Shown here one piece after another: positions 24,301 to 36,800 of a DNA stretch of 64,000 bases (position 1 is its first letter; each line of letters opens with the position of its first letter). The translations under genes and the position numbers were made by a program. Source of the stretch: Octopus sinensis (taxonomy: Eukaryota); contig NC_042998.1 in assembly GCF_006345805.1 (NCBI RefSeq), forward strand, positions 120,776,001 to 120,840,000, given 5' to 3'. The notes beneath the pieces are model-generated. The model searched no databases and was not told where the DNA came from. It saw only the letters and a program-made list of their open reading frames with translations.

Positions 24301-27300
24301 CAAACAAATCAGACTATATAATTTTCAATTAGATTTAATCTAGTAATTAAGATTTTTAGTATTTTCTTCTAAATTTCTAGAGACATAATTCTGCTCAGTC
24401 AAGTTTACATTAATATTAATTTTTTAGTTTCAAACTTGTTACAGAGAACACAGTATTACTGTCATCTGCCTGTCTCCACCTAATAGTGTATTCAGTCCTT
24501 TATGTTTTAAAAGGAAGGTCATGGCATTGAAAAACAATTTCCCGTACAGTGTGCTCATATTTGCAAAACCATCATGCTCATTTTAGTATGGAAGAATGAT
24601 TGTAAATTTGTTAGTGAAAAATAAAATAAACCGTTTTGTTTATTTTAAGGTCAGTAGTATGACTTACTAGAAATGTTTGTCTATTGCAGTAACTAATCAG
24701 CTGGCACCTGCAATTTCTTACACTGCTGTTAATTCATGTGACACTGTTAACCTTCGAATCAGTGACAAAGAATTTTGCAATCTCCCACCAATTTCTGTTC
24801 CTTACCTTCTCCACTCTACAGTACAGAAAATACCAAATACAACAGCATTAGGTAAGAGTTTCAGCCAAAATATTACAAGTGGTTTTTATTTTTACACCTT
24901 TATTCTAATTTTTTTTTCCAAGTAATCATTATGATGTTTGTTAAATGATTATTCACATGATATCAGTTCTGGTGATATTTATCAACTTATATTAATTACT
25001 TAATGTTTTCAATTTTGTATTCCAAAGCTGTGAAACGTGACAATGTCTGGATAAAGTGGTCCTACAAAGAATATGAAGAGGAAGTTTTGTGTATTGCTAA
25101 AGCTTTTATAAAGGTGGGTGTATGTGTGTGTTTTTGATAAAGGTGTGCATGTTGCTTTTGATAATGGTGAGAGTGTGTGTGTTGCTTTTTTGATGAAGTT
25201 AAAAGGTGCAGCAATATCAGAGGAAGGTTAATGGAAAATAGCTTTTGTATGTGGAAGATATACAGGTACAATAAACACTGAAAATGTACAGAAAATAGAC
25301 TGTATCAACTGCCAGTGGGGTAAGCTAGAGGTAGTAGATAGCTTCTGTTATCTGGGTGACCAAATTAGAAGCGGAAGTAGATGCTCTGAGAGTGTAGCTG
25401 TAAGAATAAGATTAGGCTGGGCAAAGTTCAGAGTGCTCCTACCTCTGCTGGCAACAAAAGGCCTCTTTTTTCAGAGTGAAAGGCAGATTATATGATGCCT
25501 ATATGCAAATAACTATGCTACAAAGCAGTGAAACATGGGCTGTGACAGCCAGCGACATGCAAAGGCTTGAAAGAAATGAAGTCAGTATGCTTCGCTGGAT
25601 GTGTAATGTCATGTGCATGTTCAACAATATAAGTAGCTTGAGAGAAATGTTAGGCATAAGAGGCATCAGATGTGGTGTGCAAGAGAGATGATTGCACTGG
25701 TATGGTCATATGATGCATATGGAGAAAGATAGCTGTGTAACTGTGGAAGGAATCTGTGATAGAGGTAGACCCAGGAAAACATGGGATGAGGTGGTGAAGC
25801 ATGATCTTCAAACTTTGGGCCTCACAGAGGCAATGACTAGAAGACCCGTCCAGCCAGGTGAAATTGTAGTTGTGGCTGATGCTGGTATCATGTAACTGGC
25901 ACCCATACCAGTGACATGTGAAAAACACTAAGCGTAGGGCCTCACAGAGGCAAAGTGGCTGAGCTCCTTTTGAGCATTGGGTCTCACTCTTTCTGAGTGT
26001 TGGGCCTCACAGGCAATCACCAAGACCTTTGGCATTATATTGCACACAAGAAGACCCATCTAGCTGAACAAAATTGCAGTTGTGACAGATAGCAGTGTCA
26101 CACAAATGGCACCCGTGCCAGTGACACATAAGGCACCCATTACACTCTGAGTGGTTGGTGTTAGGAAGGACATCCAACTGTAGAAACCATACCAAATCAG
26201 ACTGGAGTCTGGTGCAGCCTTCCAGCTTGCCAGCCCTAGTAAAACCATCCAACCCATGCCAGCATGGACACAGATGTTAAATGTTGCTAAATAAAGCCTT
26301 TAGAAAGGTGAGTGTTTTTAAAGCTTTTATGAAGGTGTGTGTGTGTGTGTTGATAAAGCTTTTATAATTTGGATGGCAGGGAGCATACTTTTCAAATGTA
26401 AAGCAGTTGAAACAGGAAAATTTTTTGTGCATGTTTTTACTTAGCTTTTTTTTTTTTGTTTTTCAGTTGGGTTTAGAGCCTCATCATGGTGTTGGTATCC
26501 TGGGTTTCAACTCTCCAGAATGGTTGATTTCCAATTTAGCTGCAATATATGCTGCGTAAATATCTTTGACACTTTTATGTACACTATTCTATTGGATTTT
26601 AACTGACATTATTGTTCTTTGAAATTGCAATATAAATTGTACCTATCCCTTCTAGAGTCTTGGTAACAACATAAATGTCAATATTAATTCCTTTTAATAT
26701 CAACTACTTGAGACCATCCATATTAAGGTGTTCATACCTAAATTAAAACTTCAAAATCTCATAACCTGAATGAGATTGAGATTTTTCAGTTGGTAACACC
26801 ATATTATAAAGTTACATATTTCATTAACTATTCTATTTAAAATTTTGATTATAGTAAATGTTGAAACAGCCAGCATGCTTTTTAGAAATATTGATAGAAG
26901 TCAAATGTATGCTCTATTTTAAAATTATAGTGGTATATCAGTTGGAATATACACAACAAATACAGCAGAAGCTTGTGCATTTGTTGCCAAAGATAGCAAC
27001 ACAAATATTATGATTGTGGAAAATCATCAACAATTACAGAAGATTTTGGAAGTACGTGACAGCTTACCTGACTTGAAGGCAATAGTTGTTTATTCTGGAG
27101 AGGTTGCTGTTAAGGAGCCCAATATCTATTCGGTATGCTGGATTTTGTTTGTTCTTTTTTTTTTTTCTTTCAGTGATTTGGCTTGGAGGAAGGAGCTCTG
27201 TACATAGCCTTCAAAAACCATCCTAGCTAAGATAGGTTTATAATTGGGAATTATTGGAATGAGAGGGCTTGTGACCAGGGACTTGCCATGAATTAAAGGT

Positions 27301-30300
27301 AAAAAAAGTAGGCTATTACAGAAGAACCAGAGTATTAAATTGTACCTAATTTTAAAGATAACTTGTACATTGAACTACTTAATCATTGGGCAGTGTCTGG
27401 TTAGTTGTATATACAGCATCAAAGTATGTTAAGAGATAATGTAGGGCTGATGGGTTTACCTTGGCACCATAAAATATTTGTTAGAGCAATACTAAGTTCC
27501 CCTATAATCTAATTCCATCAATCTCTGAGTTACTTGAACTGTACAGATCTTTTGTCATTGATTATAGCCATTAGTGTGGCCTTGCTGGAGTGTCACCTTC
27601 AAGGCTTTCACTTGATCATATTGATCTTGGAATTTATTACAATCAGGAATTTATTTTATTCATCTCTTTATTGGATTGCTAGGTTGTTACACCAATATAT
27701 GGATAAAAGCTTCAACACAGTTTCCATTCACCAACTGGCACTCATAGGAATTGGTCAAGCATAGGTTATATTAAAAGTTGATTTGCAAAGAGATTACACC
27801 TGGAACCATGAGATTGTAAAGTTAACTTAATTACATGACTTTCTGCAGCTATACCAATATTCAGGTAATTTGCACATGTCTGACTAATATTTAATTTTAT
27901 GTTTATTTTTCAGTGGCAAGAGTTGAAGAAAATGGGTGCTGAATTACCAATGTCACTTGTTCATCAAAGACTTCAGACCATCAGTCCAAACAAATGTTGT
28001 TTACTTATTTACACTGTAAGTTTGAGTAATTTACCATTAGCTGAATTTGTCTTAACAATTACTGTGTGTGTGTGTGACTTTTGAATTTTGATTTCTATAA
28101 TTTATATTTCTCTTATGGAAATGAATTCCTCACTGACAGTTTTCATATTTCCCATTCTGTTTTATCTACTTGGAATTTAGCAACTATCTACAGTAAATCC
28201 ATCTTGCACAGTGATTCTAGAATTGCCTATTTTTATTCCTTTTGCATTGTGAAGTGAGCTTGCTCTAATTTCACCTGAGTTTGTGGATTGTCATTTCATC
28301 AGTGCAGTAATCTGTCCTCGTAATATGATGTCACATAGAATGGTCAATTGATAGTTTTTTTATGCAAAATTTGGAATAGTTTATCATTTTATCCAGCACA
28401 CACATGCATGTGCTCTTGTGTGTAACCAGTGGTGTGGACACCTTGGCAGCCATATGCACTGAAAGATGCGGACAATGTACTTGATAAATTACATGATAAC
28501 TAGCTGAGTTTCATCATGTTCATTGCCAAAATGTCTCTTGAAGAGGGTACCACTTATCACAATGGAACTGAGTAATTCATTGGTTTGCAGAGCTTAGCTC
28601 AGTTTCTGCTATAGGTAGAAGCTAATTATGGTTGACAGATGTCCTAACCAGGGGTGGGTCTATTTCTCTACTACTAAAATGCTAACTAATAAATATTAGT
28701 CATGTTAGGATTTAGGTGATGGTTTTGTTACTATGTATCAGCCTAATATTTCTTTCTTCTGCAGAGTGGAACAACTGGTAACCCAAAAGGTGTAATGATC
28801 AGCCATGACAATGTAAGATTTATTTTACTATTTTTATTACTTTAGATGTAAATATCTAATTTAATTTTTAAGTTTTTTATATTTCCATTTTGTAAACAAC
28901 AGCTGTATTAGTTACTGAGTTCCAATGGTTTAATCATTGGTTCACTGCATGTCTGATAACATCAAATGAAAGAATTAACTTGATGCAGAACAAATATCAC
29001 AAAAGGACAACTACATTCATCCATCATTTTACATCTGTTGTCCTTGCTGGCATGGGCTGGACAGTTTGACCAGAGCTGGTAAGCTGAAGAGCTGTTCTTG
29101 GCTGATTTGGCATGGTTTCTATGGCTGGATGCCAACTATTTTATAGTGTACTAGATGCTTTTATGTGGCACTGCCATGAGTAGCCCTACATCCTTTCTTA
29201 GCCTATTGTTTTAAATATATCTAAACAATTCTTATTGATATATATTTAAACTATAAGCTTTACATTGACCAATATTAAAACTAGTTTATATATTTGCTGT
29301 TGAGTTATATTTAAACTGGACTTCTCTTGAAAATATAGCTTAACACTTTGAAAGATATTTTTAATTTCTTTCTTTTTTCTTATAATCTGATGACATTGAT
29401 TCCTTGTTTGGATTCAGACTATTTGTAAGATTATCTGGAATTTTGACCACAATAGCTTAATAGCATTTTATTTATGCTATTCTTGTCTTTACAAGCTGTT
29501 TCTCAATTTACAAGAGATTTTAAGGAGCGTAATCAAAATATGACGAATTAGGCTATTTTGCAAACATACATACACACATACATGTGTGGTAAAATCGTAT
29601 GCTGCTGATGAGATCTAACAGACTGAAACATGTCAATAGCTGTCTCTTGCAAAGAAATCACTTTTCTTCCAAGAAAGATTAGTAATTTCTTGAAATGAGC
29701 TTCCTTTGTTTTGGGGAGTCACTAACACTTGCTGCAAGGTTTCTGTTTCCTTGCTCCAACAAAGAGGGAAATTTCAATAAAGAATTCATTTATGTATAAC
29801 ATTCAGTACATCCCTCCTTAACTTATATACATATTTGCCTGATGGGCATCTGCACAGTTTGTCTACCAAATCCAACTCACAAGATACTGGTCAACCTAAG
29901 ATTATGGTACCAGGCTCCCGGACAAATCAGTGCACTGGGCCCTACAATATATATTTGATCCCCCGCCCCAACTGGCTCCTGTGCCAGTAGCACGTAAAAA
30001 GCATCATCTGAACATGGCTGATGCCAGTGCCACCTGACTGGCTCCTGTGCCAGTTGCATATAAAAAGCACCCACTACACTCTCGGAGTGGTTGGCATTGG
30101 GAAGGGCATCCAGCTGTAGAAACATCTCCTGGCTTGCCAGTCCCCAGTCAAACTGTCCAACCCATGCCAGCATGGAAGACGGACGTTAAACGATGATTAT
30201 GATGGAAGACCACAGCATACATAGATTAGAATCGGGCCTCTAACCCTCAGATGCCCCTGGGCAAAGGTCCTGTGTGCTCATGCTTTAAGACTGTACTGCC

Positions 30301-30832
30301 AGGTGCTTGCCCGGTCCAGATGATGGGCCATAAGATTCAACTCTGAGTCACTTAGTTATAAAGCTAACTTAAACACAGCTACGATTGTGCCATGTTATGC
30401 AGTTATGCCTTCAGTTTTGACATTTTTCTCTTTAAAGTGTTGAAGATACTAGATTTTTGATATTTCAGTTGACATGGACAGCACATGTGGTTCAACAAAA
30501 CACGCCCATTGAATTTGGCAATGAGTTCATCCTGAGTTATCTACCATTAAGTCATGTTGCAGCACAGTTACTAGATATATATATGACGATTTCAGCAGGC
30601 GCTTCACTTTACTTTGCACAACCAGATGCTTTAAAGGTAGGTTTCTTTTATTCTTTTGTTTGTCATTTGACTGCGGCCATGCTGGGGCACCACCTTTAGA
30701 TGAGCAAATCGACCCCAGAGCTTATTCTTTGTTAGCCTAGTACTTATTCTATCAGTCTCTTTTGCTGAACCACTAAGTTACAGGAATGTAAACACACCAG
30801 CATCGGTTATCTAGCGATGTTGGGGGGGGACG

Positions 30833-30868
<36 letters not shown>

Positions 30869-33800
30869 AAATACAAAAATGGGACAAGAACACAAAACAT
30901 CCAGACAGGTGATGCAAAAAAGGACAAAAAACATCCAGACAGATGATACAAAGAAAACAAGGTCGGGTCATTTGGAGTTTTCTTTCCTCAGTTGAGTTCC
31001 AGATTATCTTTGCAATTTCGGCTGATTATACTAGAGATTGCTCCAATCTGGCCAGCCCCAAGGAAAAACTAAACTAAGAGAACTAGATTCCTTGGAAGAA
31101 AGCAGCGAATGTATACAAAAACAAGGACAGGAAAAAAAAAACAAATGGTACACAAATACAAATAGGACATAAGATTTGACAGGCACAGGGAGGAATATAG
31201 ATGTTACACAGATGGTAGTGGAACCAAGAAAGAAAGTTTGAGCTCTGTCAAACACCAGTCACGTGGGGAGAGAGAAGTAGAGGCAGAGAGATAGAAGAAT
31301 TAAGGAGGAGCGAGAAAAAAATATGAAAGGGACAGAGTGAAGTGAAAGAGGGAAGGTGAGCACGAAGAGAAGGCCAGGGAATGTAAGAGAAGGGGGAACA
31401 AAAGAACGAAGTGTGAAGAGGCTGAGGGAAAGAATGAAAGAATAGAAAGAATAATTGTCGTACAAAATTTAGATATATACTTACATATGAGACCAAACTG
31501 TACGTACGTCACTATATACATATGCGATGGGCTTCTTTCAGTTTCTGTCTACCATATCTGCTCACAAGGCTTGGGTTTTTGTTTCCAAACAATACTTTAT
31601 TCAGCATTCTCAGATCACCTATCTTATCTTTTGGAAAAAGTTATTGGGTCATTTGTGATTTAGTTTCAAATTAGGATTCACTATGAATGCTTCTTGAAGC
31701 CTATATTTTACCAGATATGAATAATAAGGATTTGTAAAACAAAAAATATTTTAAAATTTTATTTTTCAGAGTTCTCTAGCGGTTACATTAAGAGAAGTAC
31801 GTCCAACCTTTTTCCTGGGTGTGCCCAGAGTCTGGGAGAAAATTGTGGAAAGGATAAAAACTGTTGGTCATGAATCAAGTAATCTGACAAAGAAGATTGC
31901 AACTTGGGCTAAATCTGTTGGATTGAAAGGAAACTATAGCCGTATGAATGGGTATGAAATGTCATACTTTATTGTGAAATCTTTATTTAAACAGATAATT
32001 TCAATTACTGTGTCAGTTTTGTTTTAACTGGGTAAGGGAAAGTGTTAGAAAATGTTATTTATAACTTAATGTTTCTTTCCTTCAATCTAAAAGTAATTTT
32101 TAAGTTGATCTGCACATGTACTAGCCTTACATTCTTTCTTAGCCTATAGTTTTAACTAAGCAATTCTTATTGATTTATATTTAAACTACAAGCTTTAACC
32201 CTTTAGCATTTAAACCAGCCATATCCGGCCAAAAGTATTCTGCCTGTTCTATGTTCAAACTGGCCAGATCTGATCTCTCACACCAACCCTACAATATCGT
32301 TTTAAAAATTAACAGCTACCTCATCAAAATCTCATAGCTACACGATAATGCATGATTTGTTCAAAACAATGTGGATGAAAATGCATTAATTTTGGCAGAA
32401 TAATGCAAACACTAAAGGGTTAAGTTGACCAATGTTTAAACTAGTTTTATATACTTTTTTGTTGAGCTGTATTTAGACTGGTTTTATATACTTTGTGTTG
32501 AGCTGTATTTAAACAAGACTTGTCATGAGAATACAGTTTAAAACTTTGAGATTTTTACTTATTTCTATTTTCTTATATGATAACATTGATTCCTTGGATG
32601 GATTCAGACCCTTTGTAAAATAACCTGGTATTTTGCCCACAATAGCTTCACAGCATTTTATTTATGCCATTCTTGTCTTCACAAGGTGTTTCTTATAAGA
32701 CTTTACATGAGTTTAATGTTTCAACAGTAGTATTTATGAAGTGTAATCAAAATAGGACAAATTGGGTCATTTTACTTTACTATATCAATATTTTGAACAA
32801 AGATTGAATATCATGACAATTTTCCTTTTCTTTGTAAAGATAAGATGTATTCTGCCACGAATACATCTGGTTTCTACAAATTTGAAAATGTAACTTTTCT
32901 TGATAAATTTTCAGTTATCTCTTAGAAATGTTAAAAGATTGTGGCCCTTCAAATATATTTACTGCATCAGTTTTGAACTGTTAATAAATTTTTATTTCTC
33001 TGGCTATTGATCATCTATTGAAGAGATTCATTTCTTTTTGATAGCATTCAAAGCCAGGGGAAGTTCCAGCGGTAATAATTTCATATTAAAGCTTTTTAGC
33101 ATGTTGTCAGTGCTTGTTTAGTGACAACTTGTTTTTGTGCATGAGTAAAGCTTGTGACTGCAGTATTACAAAATTTGTTACAATGAAATGCTTGCAACAT
33201 AAAAAAAAAACTTACTCTTTCAAAAGCATGTTCTATTATTCTCTTTTCCAACTGTATCCTCTACTGTTTTCAGAATTTCTAATTTAGTAAAATCTAAGAA
33301 TTCACTTGTGTTCAGTTAGTATTTATATTAGTTTTGTATCATATACGTCATTTTCTTTTTACACATTCAGTTGTTTGTTAACTATATAATATTTTAGCTT
33401 TTTGAGTAAATAAATGTAAAATATCAAATATAAATAAGAAATCGCATATAAACTACATATGTTTATGCCCAAAGTACATAGAGTACATAGAATAATCATA
33501 AATACTAACTGAAGATATGTGCATCATCTTATTAGTTCATGGTCTCTTGTAGATATTAGTTTTTGTAAGAAAACCTGTCTTGCGTATTAATTTCAGAGAA
33601 ACCAAATCATTGAGTTGTGGTTGTTCTTCCAGGTATGTTGGGTAGTTTAAAAAGCACAGTTGTAGCTATTCCAAAAGCACTGCCATATTTTTGTTTGTTT
33701 TAGTTTCTGACTAATAGCCCAGTCTGCTTTCTGTTTAACAAATCAACCAAAAATTCTTCACCAATCATATGTAGATTGTCAAGGAACTTTTATTTTAGTA

Positions 33801-36800
33801 TCATTAATATACTATATTAGCATTTAATGTAGAAAAAAGACCATTTTAATCTGTTTATATCCCTCTATTGGTTAATGCTTATCCCAAAGCTTGGCACTTC
33901 CCAGTCATAGGTGTCAACAAATGAGACCATACTTATGAGTTTTCTCATCAATTTCTTATAACCTCTCTATGCTCAAATGTTAGACCCTAGGTTTGGGAAG
34001 GCTGAAAGTGAAAGCTGTTAATGACCATCTAGTGTTACTGGCATGGTTGGGTTGGGTTGCATTGGTGACATAACACAGTATACACTATCTCATGTGTCTA
34101 CCTGGAAAAAACTATTTTTGAATAGGTTTTTATATTTTATAGCTCTTGGATTAGCTTTGATTTATGCCAGTATCATCAGATGTTTGTATGATTACATGAT
34201 GATAAAAAAAAATAGTGATCTGAGCTGGATGAATTTTAGGCACATTGAGACAGATTTTATTTTTTTACTATTCTGAGTATTACTACCAGTTTTCATTGGT
34301 CTGCTCAAATAGATTTATCCTTCTGATGAGTAATGATAAAAGCTACAGAAAGTTAGATTTCAGCACATACTTGAGCCAGTATGTAATAACTTTAATCACC
34401 TTCAAATCCCTGCTTTTTTTACTGTATTTAGTTTGTGTGATTTAGTCATTCTGTTGTGTGTCACTATTGATGTTTCACAACATCTGTTTGTTTTATAACA
34501 TTGTTCAGTTTTATTTCTTCACTAATTTCCTTTCACTTTACCTCACTTTTTTATTTTTCTTATTTTTGTGTTTTTAAAAATTATTATTGGTGATCAATCC
34601 TATGATTTTATTTATTTATTTTATTTTTTTTTTCAGACGGACTTCAAAACCTCTTCTCTGGCCTGTGGCAAATGTTTTAGTATTTAAGAAAGTGAGGTCC
34701 ACTCTTGGACTTGACCGGTGTAAGATGTGCCTCACTGCTGCCGCACCAATTATGAAGGAAACTCTTGATTTTATGATGAGTCTTAACATTCCAGTTCTAG
34801 AAATTTATGGCATGAGTGAAAGTACCGGTCCACACACAATATCTGTTCCTAAGAAATTTAAAGTTGGAAGTGTAGGATGTGACTTGTGTGGTGTGCAGAC
34901 ATTGTTACATTCTGTGGACGGTGATGGTAATGGTGAGGTGAGGACTTGTATATATTTAACTTTTTAATGAAGTTTTTTCAGTTTTACTATGTGTCCCCAT
35001 CTCTCTTACAATTAAAATAAATATAGCAGTAACTGTATATATTCTCTGCTGCTGCAGTAAATATACTCAGACGATATTCTCTGAACTTGCTGGCAGTATA
35101 TTATTCATTTCTATTCCTTCCTGCCCTTTTAGGCTATTGGCAACTGAGACATTAACACCAGTAGCTTGGCTGACTGCAGTGAGTGCTTGACCTCTTTTTG
35201 AATGATCACCTCTTCTGATGACCCATCCCCTCTCAAAGGATTTTTTTTGTGTGTGTGACCCTGCCAGTGCTGGTGCCACATGAAAAGCATCCAGTCCATT
35301 CTGTAAAGTGGTTGATATTTGGAAGGGCATCCAACTATAAAATTCAATGCCAAAACTGACCTCACGTGTGCTGGTATCACCTAAAAATCACTCAGTCTAC
35401 TCTGTGGGGTGGTTGGTGTTAGGAAGGGCATCCAGCCATAAAAAAACCCATGCCAGCCAGCTCCTGTCAAACCATCCAACCTATGCCAGCATGGAAAGTG
35501 AATATTAAATGATGATGGGTGGGTGTCAGGCTTTTGTTCCTGCTTGAACTAATGCTGTAGCATACACAACTGCAATACAAGAAACTAATGACAAAGACTA
35601 TTCCTTCTCACATCAGCTTTTACATCATTTTGCATTTACCTACAATTGACACATTTTTATATTGTATTTTCCTATAATATCAAAAAGTTGTTGCTGGTAC
35701 TCCTATTATCTTACATTGGGATTTATCCAATCACCAATAGATACTTGTCTTTTGATGTTTCATTTGAAAGCATTCTCAAATGATGCTATGAAATTATTGA
35801 GACTGTAAGACCATTTAACTAAAATTGAGTGACAAAAGAAATGAAGCCATTTGCATATTTCAATATACTCAAGAAAAAAATTTGGAAAATAAAATTTTAT
35901 TGCATTGTTTACTTATGTCAACCTATTTGCTTTTAATGATTTGGTTGTCATAGTCTATCAGCATAATTGCCAAAAGCAACAAATTACATTCTGTGGTTGA
36001 CCAATTAGTGATACTCGTAAAAGATTTTACCTATGATGCATAAAAATACAGGTGATGTGCTGAAACTTAATCCTTTAAGTGTCTGAAACCATAAAAAATA
36101 AGATCAATGAGACAACAGATATGAAAAACCAGTCAATTGAATAGCTTTATGAATGAACATTTTTCATACAGCTGGATAAATCTGTTAATGGTATTACTAC
36201 TGACCAGGTGTGTAATATTTAATTGGGGTGCATTTCAAAAAGAAATATCTTTTACTGAAAGCTGGAGACCAATATAAATGGTGAGTCTCTCTTCATCTCA
36301 GTGAGTTTCTTTACTAAAAATTATTACAATATTCCCATTAATAACATTTTTTTGTATAACTTATGGAGCCACTGTACAGTTGGTTGACATGGGTCAGGGA
36401 TGAGGTCATATTCAAAAAGTTCTAATTGCATTTAACTGAATAATCCATTAACTTGTTAATGCAAGACACTTCAGTCCACACTTGTATCAAATCACATTGT
36501 TCTGTAGTGAAGATAAGATTAAATGTTTAGCAAAATTTTTTTTAACAACTGTGTACTGAAAATGAGGAATAATTCGAGAAATTACAGCTTAATACATAAG
36601 TATATCTTCCAAGGGCAACTGTCTGTGCCTGCTTGTGGAAATTGTCTGACAGTGTATTCAATATTTTGTCTGATTTGGAAGTTAGAATCAATGACAAATG
36701 ATTTGAAAGATTCACATAAATAAACTGCAGGTTAATGTCTCTTATTAAAATTTTTTTATGGACCAAAAATGCAACTTTATTTTTAAGTCCTTTGTAAAGA

